This document shows positions 37,596 to 47,234 of a stretch of 64,000 nucleotides of DNA, in pieces. A program made the translations under genes and the position numbers. The stretch lies in the NCBI GenBank assembly GCA_964510885.1, contig CAZEDL010000002.1:707-64706 (forward strand). Direction: 5' to 3'. The number at the start of each line of letters is the position of its first letter. The stretch's first letter is position 1. Below the pieces are notes generated by a model. The model worked only from the letters and a program-made list of their open reading frames with translations, did not search any database and was not told where the DNA came from. Source of the stretch: an uncultured Gammaproteobacteria bacterium. GTDB taxonomy: Bacteria > Patescibacteriota > Patescibacteriia > Magasanikbacterales > GWA2-37-8.

Positions 37596-38039
37596 ATGAT
37601 TTTTATCGCTTCTGACCATCGCGGCTACCAGCTCAAAAAGTACCTGTTACGTTACCTCGATAAACAGCTCAAATTATCGGCTGAAGATTTGGGTCCCTAT
37701 GAATATGTGGCGACCGACGATCTACAAGATTATGCTATTCCCCTCGCCAAAAAAGTAGCTGAAAGTCCTGAAAATAAAGGAATTTTAATGTGTGGCAGCG
37801 GACAAGGAATGTGTATTACCGCTAATAAAATACACAAAATTCATGCTGTTTTAGGGTACAGCATTGAGGCAGCTGAAATGAGCCGTCGCCATGGGAACGC
37901 CAATATCGTTTGTCTCGCAGCGGATGTAGTGAGCGAAGAACATGCGGCAGCGATTGTGAAGAAATTTTTGGAAACCGAGTTTGATAATGAGGAACGGCTG
38001 ATCCGCCGGCTCCAAAAAATCGATGCTATAACAAATTAA
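37596..38039 (+). CDS. rpiB: Ribose-5-phosphate isomerase B
   Basis: RpiB/LacAB family motifs (GILMCGSGQGM, catalytic Cys). Confidence 0.85.
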   Translation: MIFIASDHRGYQLKKYLLRYLDKQLKLSAEDLGPYEYVATDDLQDYAIPLAKKVAESPENKGILMCGSGQGMCITANKIHKIHAVLGYSIEAAEMSRRHGNANIVCLAADVVSEEHAAAIVKKFLETEFDNEERLIRRLQKIDAITN

Positions 38040-38041
38040 GT

Positions 38042-38689
38042 ATGGCTGTCACGCCGTCACTCATCCCGACAATTCTGACGAGCACTTTTGACGAATTCAA
38101 GCGTCAAGTTGGCTTGTTAGATGGTCTTGTACCCTACATTCAAATCGATGTGATGGACGGTCAATTTGTGCCGAATCAATCATTCCCAGACGTCGAAAAA
38201 GTTAACGATCTCGCCACGGATATGCCGTGGGAATTGCACCTCATGGTAAACCACCCCCTTCAAGAAATGCACAAATGGTCACAGATTAAACGGGTGCAGC
38301 GCGTCATTTTCCCTATTGAATCTCTGGATAATCCAGCAGCGTGTATTGCATTTGCGCGCGGCAAGTGCTGGCAGGTGGGAATCGTGCTGAACCCAGAGAC
38401 GCCCCTTGAAGCAGTTGAAAAATATCTTGATCAGATCGATGTTTTGATGTTTATGACAGTGCAGCCGGGCAAACAAGGGAATCCGTTTCTACTGGAGGTG
38501 GGAGAAAAAATTAAAGCCTTTACCAGTCGGCCCGAGCGGCCGCTGTGTGCGGTAGACGGAGCGGTGAGTGAACAAACGATTCCCCTATTAAAAAGTTGGG
38601 GGGTGGAAATTTTTAATGTGGGGAGTGCGCTGATGAAAGCGAGTGATCTTCGAGCTGCTTATGTAAAACTGCAGGCCGCTGTCTGTTAA
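38042..38689 (+). CDS. rpe: Ribulose-phosphate 3-epimerase-like
   Basis: IQIDVMDGQFVPN and HLMV motifs of the Rpe TIM barrel. Confidence 0.7.
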   Translation: MAVTPSLIPTILTSTFDEFKRQVGLLDGLVPYIQIDVMDGQFVPNQSFPDVEKVNDLATDMPWELHLMVNHPLQEMHKWSQIKRVQRVIFPIESLDNPAACIAFARGKCWQVGIVLNPETPLEAVEKYLDQIDVLMFMTVQPGKQGNPFLLEVGEKIKAFTSRPERPLCAVDGAVSEQTIPLLKSWGVEIFNVGSALMKASDLRAAYVKLQAAVC

Positions 38690-38860
38690 TTTACCTAAAA
38701 TACCGAATTCAACCGCTCCCGCCCGATCTGCGATTTACTCCTAATACTAGGACCGCAACCCCCTACCCAAGCAAACCACCCTTAAATATGGAGCCATCCT
38801 GCCTCTTTGCTGCACTTAAGGGACTAAACTAAATTTATTGTTAATTTTCTGAATAAAAGT

Positions 38861-39220
38861 ATGTCTGAAAGATATATCACTCCCCAATCACCACTCACGG
38901 AGCATATTGGTGAAATTGACATCGCATTGACAGAAGCAGAATTACAAGCTAAACAACAGGAATTATTTCAAAAATACGGTTTTTCCCTATGGCAGCGGGT
39001 AACTTTGCCAGAAAGTTATGACAATGACGGATTCGGGAGCACGGCGATAGTAAGAGGTTTGGACATCGCCAATAATAAAGCACCTGACGAACTTGATCAT
39101 TATGGTCTGGACGTTTTGACTGACAGCAAGAACAATGGTGGAGATGCGCTACGTTTAACTGTTTCATTGCGCGAAATAATTAAGTTAAATCCTAAACTGG
39201 AACTTCCTAAACAAAAATAA
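38861..39220 (+). CDS. Hypothetical protein (119 aa)
   Basis: ORF only. Confidence 0.35.
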   Translation: MSERYITPQSPLTEHIGEIDIALTEAELQAKQQELFQKYGFSLWQRVTLPESYDNDGFGSTAIVRGLDIANNKAPDELDHYGLDVLTDSKNNGGDALRLTVSLREIIKLNPKLELPKQK

Positions 39221-39225
39221 TTTGT

Positions 39226-40173
39226 ATGCTTGATCTTGTCATTATCGGGGGAGCCGCGGTTGGCTGTAGCAGTGCCATTTATGCAGTACGCCGCAAATTA
39301 AATTTTCGAATGATTACGGAAAATATTGGTGGCGAAGTTGCCTTATCCGGACAAGTAAATAATTGGCCGGGGATTATTGATATTGAAGGGTATGATTTGG
39401 CACAGAAATTTGCCGAACATACGCGCAGTTATGGGGTGAATATCGAAGAGGGCTGGACAGTGACAGCGATTGAGCCGGTCAAAAAGTATCATATTGTAAA
39501 GGCGAAAAAGGCCAACGGCGAAATACTGGAAATGGAAACGAAAGCGGTAATTATCGGCACCGGTATTCATCCCCGGCGCCTAGGGGTGCTTGGCGAAGAC
39601 AAACTCGACAGAAAAGGCATCACCTATTGCACCGTCTGTGACGGGCCGCTTTATAAAAACAAAGTCACTGCCACGATCGGCGCTGGCAATAGCGCGCTTG
39701 AATCGGCCCTGATGATGGCCGGCATTTCGAAAGAAGTATATGTGCTTAGTAAATATCCTGAGTCTACGGCAGGCGGCTTTCCGAAAGGCGATGCGATTTT
39801 GGTCGACAAATTGAAAATGGCTCCGAATGTGAAATTTTTGTATGAAGTTGCTACCGAGGAGATTGTTGGCGACACCCGGGTACAGGGCTTAAAATATGCT
39901 GACAAACAAGGGGTTATCGCGCAGATTCCACTCGATGCGGTGATGGTACATATTGGCATGATTCCAAATTCATCATTCGTAAAAGGGGTGGTGGAGCTTG
40001 ATAGCCAGGGTCAAATTGTGGCCGATGCCAAATGCCGCACGAATGTGCCGGGAATATTTGCAGCTGGGGATGTGACTAATGTTCCGTATAAGCAGATTGG
40101 GATCGCGACTGGGCAAGGGATTGTGGCGGCACTGGCGGCGATTGAATATATTAATTTGTGGACAGAAGCTTAA
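39226..40173 (+). CDS. trxB: Thioredoxin-disulfide reductase
   Basis: FAD motif VIIGGAAVGCSSAIYA; redox CTVCDG; NADPH motif GAGNSALE; GIFAAGDV. Confidence 0.85.
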   Translation: MLDLVIIGGAAVGCSSAIYAVRRKLNFRMITENIGGEVALSGQVNNWPGIIDIEGYDLAQKFAEHTRSYGVNIEEGWTVTAIEPVKKYHIVKAKKANGEILEMETKAVIIGTGIHPRRLGVLGEDKLDRKGITYCTVCDGPLYKNKVTATIGAGNSALESALMMAGISKEVYVLSKYPESTAGGFPKGDAILVDKLKMAPNVKFLYEVATEEIVGDTRVQGLKYADKQGVIAQIPLDAVMVHIGMIPNSSFVKGVVELDSQGQIVADAKCRTNVPGIFAAGDVTNVPYKQIGIATGQGIVAALAAIEYINLWTEA

Positions 40174-40176
40174 TCT

Positions 40177-40410
40177 ATGCCCTGGCTTTTTAAACTACTT
40201 GGCGCGCTTGGGCTATTATTCATCACGGCCGGAGTATTCAAACGGCAGACTAGCCAAGCACTGCTATTCGCAGTCGGTGGCGGGTTACTGCTCATTTACA
40301 GCCTATACCTGCGTGATCCGGTGTTTATTCCGCTCCAGTTGGTATTTATTGGATCGAGCTTGTACCAATTTCACCAACTTAAAAAAATTGCTCACCCCCC
40401 TATTAATTAG
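40177..40410 (+). CDS. Small membrane protein (77 aa)
   Basis: Two TM helices; paralogous to the next ORF. Confidence 0.4.
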   Translation: MPWLFKLLGALGLLFITAGVFKRQTSQALLFAVGGGLLLIYSLYLRDPVFIPLQLVFIGSSLYQFHQLKKIAHPPIN

Positions 40411-40425
40411 TAACTTTTTTTATCT

Positions 40426-40758
40426 ATGGAATTTTTACTTTCGCATCTGCCTGATTTTTCTACCTGGACTAGCACCCAATTTATTATCTATTTAATTGCC
40501 GCGCTTGGAGTAATCATGCATATTTACGGCGTATTCCTCGAAACTGCTCGCAGGCAAGACTTGGTATTTTGGATCGCGGGCGGATGTTTGTTTGTTTATG
40601 CAACATATATCGGCGACAAGCTGCTCGCCGTGGCGATGTTCGGATTTGCACTCGCCAGTATGATTAAGCTCATCGAAATTATGCGCGGCACGTACCATCA
40701 TGCACCAGCGGTGAAAGATCCGAAAGGGAAGATTTATAAAGTGAATCATGAATCTTAA
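40426..40758 (+). CDS. Small membrane protein (110 aa), paralogue of the preceding ORF
   Basis: Shared G-G-(G/C)-L pattern in TM2 and the Y..Y.(R/G)D motif. Confidence 0.4.
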   Translation: MEFLLSHLPDFSTWTSTQFIIYLIAALGVIMHIYGVFLETARRQDLVFWIAGGCLFVYATYIGDKLLAVAMFGFALASMIKLIEIMRGTYHHAPAVKDPKGKIYKVNHES

Positions 40759-40772
40759 GGCGTGAATCGGAT

Positions 40773-41144
40773 ATGGAAAACCGAGGGGATTTTCATGAAC
40801 AACTTAAAAATCTAATGGATACGTTTGTACATCGAGTATACGATTGTACACAGCAATTTCCACGAGAGGAACTATTTGGCACCACTTCACAATTGCGACG
40901 AGCCGCGTTATCGGTGATTCTTAATTATATTGAGGGATACGCTCGAAACAGATCGGTCGCAGTACATAGAAATTTTTTGGATATTTCTTATGGGTCTCTG
41001 CGAGAGAGTCGCTATTTAGTTGAATTTTCTCATAAACGCGCTTATCTCTCTACCAAAGATTACCAAGAATTGACAGCGCTCAACGATCGAATCGGAGCCA
41101 TGTTGTGGGGAATTCTCTCACGAATGAGAGATACTAATCGCTAA
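40773..41144 (+). CDS. Four-helix-bundle protein (23S rRNA intervening-sequence protein family)
   Basis: FP..E.FG.TSQLRRAALSV..N..EG signature of the four-helix-bundle family. Confidence 0.65.
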   Translation: MENRGDFHEQLKNLMDTFVHRVYDCTQQFPREELFGTTSQLRRAALSVILNYIEGYARNRSVAVHRNFLDISYGSLRESRYLVEFSHKRAYLSTKDYQELTALNDRIGAMLWGILSRMRDTNR

Positions 41145-41162
41145 ACACGCGATTCAAGATTC

Positions 41163-42164
41163 ATGATTTACGAACTTATGTTCAACATCCTCGCCATCGG
41201 CGACCCGATTATTGACACCCATGTACAGATCGAAGACACTTCTACAGAATGTCACTTAGCAGAGAGTAATACCCTGCTGTGTCTTAATTACGGCCACAAA
41301 ATCCCGATCGTTGATAGTTTTCAGAATCTTGGTGGCAATGCGCCTAATGTAGCGATCGGAGCGGCTCGACTTGGCTTATCCGCGGCAGTCCTCTCTACTG
41401 TGGGGGATGATGCCTATGGGCGACTAGCGATGCAAGATTTACAAAAACAGGCTGTGGATACAAGCCTGATCTCCATCGATCCGGAGCATAAAACACGCTA
41501 TTCAATGGTGCTTAATTATAAAGGCGAGCGTACTATTTTGTCTTACTCAGAAGAAAAGAATTACGCCTGGCCAGAAGCGGTGCCACCTGCCGACTGGGTA
41601 TACTACACTGGATTATCTAAGGGGTTTGAAGTGATCCAGGAAAAATTACTCGCCTATCTCACTCGTCACCCCACGGCCCGGCTAGCTGTAAATCCAGGGT
41701 CGTATTTAATGAAATATGCTAAAGAAAGATTATGCGAGGTGTTGCCGCGGACCGACCTATTGATCGTTAACTTGGAAGAAGCCGAAGCAATCTTGAACAC
41801 CACGCTTGAGGCAGAAAAAGGAGTGGGTGGGATTATTAATAAATTACTTGGGGAAGGGGCGAAAGAAGTGGTGCTCACCGACGGGCCCCGGGGCGCTTGG
41901 GCAGGAAATGCCGAAGTTACCTATTTTTTGAAACCGTTTCCGGTGCCAATCAGGTCAAAAACTGGCGCGGGCGATGCCTTTTCTTCGGCCTATATTGCTG
42001 CCCGATTCTATGGTGGCGATATGCGGCAGGGCCTACTGTGGGGCAGTGCTAATAGCGCCGGGGTGGTGCAAGCGCACGGGCCACATGAAGGTTTGCTTGA
42101 TGCACGTGGGATTCAGGCGATTCTAAAACAGTATTCTTTGATTTACCCAACCATACTAGCCTAG
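41163..42164 (+). CDS. PfkB-family carbohydrate kinase (ribokinase-like)
   Basis: N-terminal GG motif (NLGGNAPNVA) and C-terminal TGAGDAF motif. Confidence 0.75.
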   Translation: MIYELMFNILAIGDPIIDTHVQIEDTSTECHLAESNTLLCLNYGHKIPIVDSFQNLGGNAPNVAIGAARLGLSAAVLSTVGDDAYGRLAMQDLQKQAVDTSLISIDPEHKTRYSMVLNYKGERTILSYSEEKNYAWPEAVPPADWVYYTGLSKGFEVIQEKLLAYLTRHPTARLAVNPGSYLMKYAKERLCEVLPRTDLLIVNLEEAEAILNTTLEAEKGVGGIINKLLGEGAKEVVLTDGPRGAWAGNAEVTYFLKPFPVPIRSKTGAGDAFSSAYIAARFYGGDMRQGLLWGSANSAGVVQAHGPHEGLLDARGIQAILKQYSLIYPTILA

Positions 42165-42170
42165 ATAGGT

Positions 42171-42734
42171 ATGCGAAATTTTTTCAAACGGGGCGAGCGG
42201 CCGGATCTTAAAAATTTAGCAGCGGCCATATCACAACGGGCGGAAGCGGATGGTGAACTTGCAAGCCTTACCAATCCAGAGCGGCAAAGCCGCGCTGACG
42301 CAGCTGCCTGGGAGCGACTTGAAGCAGAGGTTGAAGAAGACAGCAGACAACCAACTCCCGAACAGATTAAATGTTATAAAAAACTGGCCGAATCTTTGGC
42401 CGGCAGTACTTGGCTGCCTATTAGTAGTCAGAGACCTGAAGATTTGCAATTACCTTTTCCGGTGATAGTACGGATACTGACCATGGGAGCGCCTAAAGGC
42501 AAAAGCGCGACTACCAGCAGCTTTGGAATTGTAGGCTTGCCTAAAACAGGCTCGGCAGATGAGTGGAGGGACTTTTTTGATTTACCCCTAAAATACCAAA
42601 AAAAGATTGCCACCACAGCGGGCTACCCCTCTCTTTTTTGGGATGCGAGAACTGCTGATTTTCCCAGATCAGCTGTGTATTTCTTGGCTAGAGACGGTTC
42701 TGAACTGAAGGAAAAATTTGAGCATTCACTGTAA
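42171..42734 (+). CDS. Hypothetical protein (187 aa)
   Basis: ORF only. Confidence 0.35.
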   Translation: MRNFFKRGERPDLKNLAAAISQRAEADGELASLTNPERQSRADAAAWERLEAEVEEDSRQPTPEQIKCYKKLAESLAGSTWLPISSQRPEDLQLPFPVIVRILTMGAPKGKSATTSSFGIVGLPKTGSADEWRDFFDLPLKYQKKIATTAGYPSLFWDARTADFPRSAVYFLARDGSELKEKFEHSL

Positions 42735-43250
42735 TGCTGAAACAATCGCTCGCCCAAACTCCCGCGCGGCCGCTGGTCCTTCGGCAGTTATCAGCATCCC
42801 GTCTACTACTACCGGCTCACGCACATAGATCGCGCCGCTGGTGAACAAAATTTCAGGCAGCTCATTATCTCCGTTCCAACCGGTAGCGTGTTTACTCGCC
42901 AGCACTCCGGCGTTAGCCAAGATACGTGGCGAAATACAGATAGCGCCCCACGGTTTGCCGCTTCCTGCGGCTTCTTTAATGACTCGGTACGATTCTTCAT
43001 TATCTAAGTTTTCCAAAGCTCCCGGACCGCCAATAAAAAAGATGCCACCGTAATCATTGATTTGCACGTCGGTCAGAACCATATCAACTGGTTGCGTGCC
43101 ACCGGTTTTGTCTGTAGCTGTTCCGGATTTATTACTTCCCGTTATTACTTCAAAACCAGCTTGTTCCAAAATCTGTTTCGGTTCGCTGTATTCTACCGGC
43201 TGAAAACCGCTGTGGGCGATGATGAGGAGGATTTTTTCAGATAAATGTTC
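42726..43250 (-). CDS. DJ-1/PfpI family protein; no in-frame ATG at the conserved N-terminus (non-canonical start or truncated gene)
   Basis: AICISPRILANAGVL (compare AICHGP..L..AGLL) and VVVDGMLITAEGPAAAREF; the frame stays open upstream through KILLIIAHSGFQPVE... to a stop at about 43253 with no ATG, GTG or TTG. Confidence 0.5.
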   Translation of the reverse strand, partial: EHLSEKILLIIAHSGFQPVEYSEPKQILEQAGFEVITGSNKSGTATDKTGGTQPVDMVLTDVQINDYGGIFFIGGPGALENLDNEESYRVIKEAAGSGKPWGAICISPRILANAGVLASKHATGWNGDNELPEILFTSGAIYVREPVVVDGMLITAEGPAAAREFGRAIVSALQ

Positions 43251-43405
43251 TTTTAAATTGAAACTTCTTACTCTGCTGTACCTGATTTACTCAAAAATCT
43301 CGAGAACATGTTCTAAAACATGTACAAGTTTTTACCAGAAGGAAGCTTGCTATTTTATATACACACTCGTCCTCCTAGGAGGGAATACTGTGTAAAAACC
43401 TCTTA

Positions 43406-45046
43406 TTATTTCTGCCTGTCTATCATTTCATCTACTGAAACATCGAGATCTCTTCCACTCTTCCAGATGTCTTTCACCTGCTCTAATCGTTTCACTTGTG
43501 CCGCAACTGCTTCGACCGACTGACGCACGCTCACCATGTCACTATCTAATCCGCTCAATGTTGTATAAAAAAGATTCTCTCTATCAGAGGCAGATTCTAT
43601 TGAACGAATCTCTGCAAGCTTCTTTTCTATTCCAGGTCGTAGCTCCTGTAATCGAGTGCTACGTTCTGCCAATTCTTGTTCTGCTTGTGAAATACTTTGA
43701 CGGTACTCATCTGCTTGAGAGGTGAGATCACTCTGGTATCCTGCCTGCTGATTAATTTCTTGTTCCAATTCCTGATCCCGCTGTTGGTCCTTTGGTTTTT
43801 TGCTGAACAATTTTTTCGGCAGCTGGGCACGTTGCTCTTTCAGCTCATCTAAGCTACGCTGAGCAGCTTGCAAATTGAGTTCGCTTCCTGATAAATGACG
43901 GCTGTTTACTAATAATTGATCCAAAATTTTATACGCATCTTCAAAGAGAGATGCTGTTTGCTGAAGCTTTTTTAATCGGGTTTGCTGGATTTCAGCCTCG
44001 CCTACGGCACTAGCAAGCATTCGCTCCAATTCAGGCAATTTATTTGCCAAGGCTCTTTTGTTATAATCTTCATTTTCCGCTAGTGCCTGGCTGTGAATTG
44101 CCCCATGAACATCTACTCGATACTCACTCTTACGCAAGCGCTGTTCGAGACTTGCCCGATCTTCCTTATTTATAATCGACTCGTCCACAATTTTGCGCTC
44201 CTGGGGAGAAAAAGTGGCTATAATTCTTTCTTCAGGAATTTCAGTTAAATCAACTCCCTGAGCGCCGTTGTAAATGAGCACACTTTTATTCTGTTCAGGA
44301 TTTTTTTTATTACTATAGTCAAAACGCAATGCGCAATTTCTAATTTTGTCTATTTGATCTGCCTGCAATTTTACTTCTTTCCAACCTCTTCCTTTTTCTA
44401 GAAGGTCCTCCAATTCTTCCTTAAATTTAGTTACATACTCATTATAAATGCGGGCATTATTAAAAATGCCTCTGGGCATACCTCTTAAATGACGGGCCCC
44501 TTCTTCAAAAGAATGAACTACTTGGCTGCTATCGCGTGCTTCGAGCGCCCAATGATTGACAAAATTCCTCGCAGATCCTTTAGCATGATCGCGGTAACTT
44601 TCTACAACCTCTTGCATTCGTCTTTCATCTTGAACATAGTTCCAAACGGCGTCTATCCTAGACTGGGAAATTTCCCGCTCTCCCATATATGCTTTGGCTG
44701 TATCAGACAATTGACGCATATCTCTTTTTGATCGATCTAACACGCGAAGGTCTTCTGTAATTGAATCACGAAGAGCTTGAATTTTTAGCTGCCAAATTTG
44801 AGCATTTTCAGCCGTGGCACGTGGAATTTCTTCTGTTTCAATCCGATGTATCTCATGTTTTGCGGCTTGAATTTTACCGGAAATTTCTTCTATTTGGCGG
44901 GCCAATTGGCCTGATTCTTGATATCCCGTCTCCAACTTAGCAACAACTGCAGAGGTGCTTTGGCCACCGAGTTCGTGCCCAGTAAGTGGTTCTAAAAAAC
45001 TTTTCTCACCGGCTGCCGTCCCTGATTGTTTAAATGTTTCGGCCAC
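43406..45046 (-). CDS. Large coiled-coil protein (546 aa), function unknown
   Basis: Heptad-rich, Q/E/R/L-dominated sequence; no TM or signal peptide. Confidence 0.5.
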   Translation of the reverse strand: MAETFKQSGTAAGEKSFLEPLTGHELGGQSTSAVVAKLETGYQESGQLARQIEEISGKIQAAKHEIHRIETEEIPRATAENAQIWQLKIQALRDSITEDLRVLDRSKRDMRQLSDTAKAYMGEREISQSRIDAVWNYVQDERRMQEVVESYRDHAKGSARNFVNHWALEARDSSQVVHSFEEGARHLRGMPRGIFNNARIYNEYVTKFKEELEDLLEKGRGWKEVKLQADQIDKIRNCALRFDYSNKKNPEQNKSVLIYNGAQGVDLTEIPEERIIATFSPQERKIVDESIINKEDRASLEQRLRKSEYRVDVHGAIHSQALAENEDYNKRALANKLPELERMLASAVGEAEIQQTRLKKLQQTASLFEDAYKILDQLLVNSRHLSGSELNLQAAQRSLDELKEQRAQLPKKLFSKKPKDQQRDQELEQEINQQAGYQSDLTSQADEYRQSISQAEQELAERSTRLQELRPGIEKKLAEIRSIESASDRENLFYTTLSGLDSDMVSVRQSVEAVAAQVKRLEQVKDIWKSGRDLDVSVDEMIDRQK

Positions 45047-45146
45047 ATGTTTATTACTTATGATTTTAACTATTAAAAAATTTTGCTGGTGCCAATTTTT
45101 TATTTTTGCTTAAATTTTTATCCTAAACAGACACGCTCCTATTCCT

Positions 45147-46142
45147 TTACGGCAACGACTGTTCGTACTGCTCATTCGCCAATTTTTTAACCCACTGCCA
45201 GTATTTTACGATAAAATTTGCACCCTTATGGTGATCACCGCCTGGAGCTGTGGAATCTCCAGCTGTCTCTACCGCGGCTGCAAGCGCCGGACAGCCTAGC
45301 TTTATTCGCCTAGAGTCTGGCTTTTGCAAGCCATCTACAGCTTGCTGAGTAAAATCAAGCCCCAGTGTTCCGGCTTCTACATCCCCACTTAGCTGAAAAA
45401 ATTCTGGGTTGAAAGAATCAAAACGATTTTTAAAACCGGGGCGAATATGTGTTAGACGGGTTCGGAGCTGCCTGAGAACACTTCCATGTTCGCGAGCAAT
45501 TGCTATAAACGGGCCGGCTGATTTATCAAGTGTTTTTTGGAACTCGACAGGAGTTGGCATGCGACCAAATTGTTTTTTAAATAATGTGGGGATAATACGC
45601 GCAGTGGCCCACATAAAATCGGAAGCATTATTAACTGCTCCTGCCAAACGAGTGCTTACGACAGCGTCTATCGTGTCTGCTTCAGCAATCACGTTTCGAC
45701 GATTAACCAATAAAGTTTGTTTGAAACGATTATACCTCTTCAGCGAGTCATCCCATTCGCCTTCGGGGAGCTCGTCTAATTGTTTCTCTTTATTTTCACA
45801 CTGGCTCGCCAATAAACCGCGAAGAACAAATTCAGAATATTCTTGAGCGGCAAATGACTGATCCTTACCACGCTCTTCGGCTAAAGCATGAAATTTTCCT
45901 AACCATATTGCGTGTTCTTCTGGCGACATTGATTCTATACACGCAAACGTGTCTGGACCAAGATCTTCGAGAACTATGGCAGCGCTCTTAAAAAGCTCCG
46001 TTTCTACCATCTTCCAAGGACCATGTTCGGGAATCAAATCGCCAAGCGGCCCCAGATCAAGGTTATGTTTTTCACGTCTTAAATTAACCTGCTCCCACCC
46101 GTCACTTAACCTGGCCAGCTGCCCGAATATTCTTTCCGGCAT
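45147..46142 (-). CDS. Hypothetical protein (331 aa) translationally coupled to agmatinase
   Basis: Start overlaps the agmatinase stop region (46142 vs 46150). Confidence 0.5.
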   Translation of the reverse strand: MPERIFGQLARLSDGWEQVNLRREKHNLDLGPLGDLIPEHGPWKMVETELFKSAAIVLEDLGPDTFACIESMSPEEHAIWLGKFHALAEERGKDQSFAAQEYSEFVLRGLLASQCENKEKQLDELPEGEWDDSLKRYNRFKQTLLVNRRNVIAEADTIDAVVSTRLAGAVNNASDFMWATARIIPTLFKKQFGRMPTPVEFQKTLDKSAGPFIAIAREHGSVLRQLRTRLTHIRPGFKNRFDSFNPEFFQLSGDVEAGTLGLDFTQQAVDGLQKPDSRRIKLGCPALAAAVETAGDSTAPGGDHHKGANFIVKYWQWVKKLANEQYEQSLP

Positions 46143-46149
46143 AATGGGA

Positions 46150-47226
46150 TTATAACTTCCCTTGACTTTTAGCCATCAGGTTGGCAAGCCGGTACATGGC
46201 CCGGGCGCCTACAATACTGTCCCAATCATCTTTTACTCCCGGAGCGACTTCGCAGAGATCAAAGCCGATAATGGTTTTGCCTTGTTTAATAAGCATTTCA
46301 ACCAAGTAAAATACTTGTTCAAATTCGAGCCCGCCAGGAACCGGTGTACCGGTGTGCGGGCAGAGGGCCGGGTCAAGCGCGTCAATATCAAAGCTGATAT
46401 ACACTTTATCTGACAGCGGCTTAGTTATTTCGGTGCAGAGCTGTTTCCAGGTGGCGCCTTCGTAGGCGCGGCGCTTTAAATTAATATCATCAAAGGCAAT
46501 TATCTTGCCGTTTGAATCTTTGATCCGGTTGGCTTCTTGCTCGCTGTAATCCCGGATGCCGAGGAGCACAAATTGATCGATGTTTTTGATATTTTTATAA
46601 GCATTGTACTGAATCGAAGCATGTGAGAATTCAAACCCTTCAAAGGCTTCACGCATATCGGCATGGGCATCGATATGTAACATAGAAAAGCTGTCATATT
46701 TTTCAGACAAGGCTTTCATATACCCTTGCGGCACGCTGTGTTCGCCGCCCATCACGCAGACGCTTTTCCCGGCGGCTAATAATTTTTTACTTTCTTTGTA
46801 GACCCAGTCATTTAATTCGCGGCCGGCGGCATTGATTTCATCGTAGTATTTTTTAACTTTTTTATCGGCGGGATTTCCACCGGCATAGAGATGGTCCAAA
46901 CACTTTTCAGCTTTGGGGCGCAGCAGGTTATTTTTCTTTTGCCAATAACTGGAGATGGGGAGCATGCCGATGCCTAGTTTCCAAGCATCTGGAATGTCCT
47001 GATTATATAAATCAATCTGATACGATGCATTGATCATCGTTGCGGGCCCTTTCGCGGTGCCGGTGCGGTAAGATACAGTGACTTCCCAGGGCATGGGAAT
47101 GACTACTACTTCGGATTCATCGTTAGTAAACGGCAAGCCGAAAATATTACTACCTTCGACTGAAAAAGCACTAGGATCAAATGAAGAAATTTTTTTGTTT
47201 TTTTTATCGATATTTTTTTGATCCAT
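46150..47226 (-). CDS. speB: Agmatinase (arginase/ureohydrolase family)
   Basis: Mn-binding motifs GGEHS, DAHADM and SFDIDALDP. Confidence 0.8.
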   Translation of the reverse strand: MDQKNIDKKNKKISSFDPSAFSVEGSNIFGLPFTNDESEVVVIPMPWEVTVSYRTGTAKGPATMINASYQIDLYNQDIPDAWKLGIGMLPISSYWQKKNNLLRPKAEKCLDHLYAGGNPADKKVKKYYDEINAAGRELNDWVYKESKKLLAAGKSVCVMGGEHSVPQGYMKALSEKYDSFSMLHIDAHADMREAFEGFEFSHASIQYNAYKNIKNIDQFVLLGIRDYSEQEANRIKDSNGKIIAFDDINLKRRAYEGATWKQLCTEITKPLSDKVYISFDIDALDPALCPHTGTPVPGGLEFEQVFYLVEMLIKQGKTIIGFDLCEVAPGVKDDWDSIVGARAMYRLANLMAKSQGKL

Positions 47227-47234
47227 AGAGCCTA

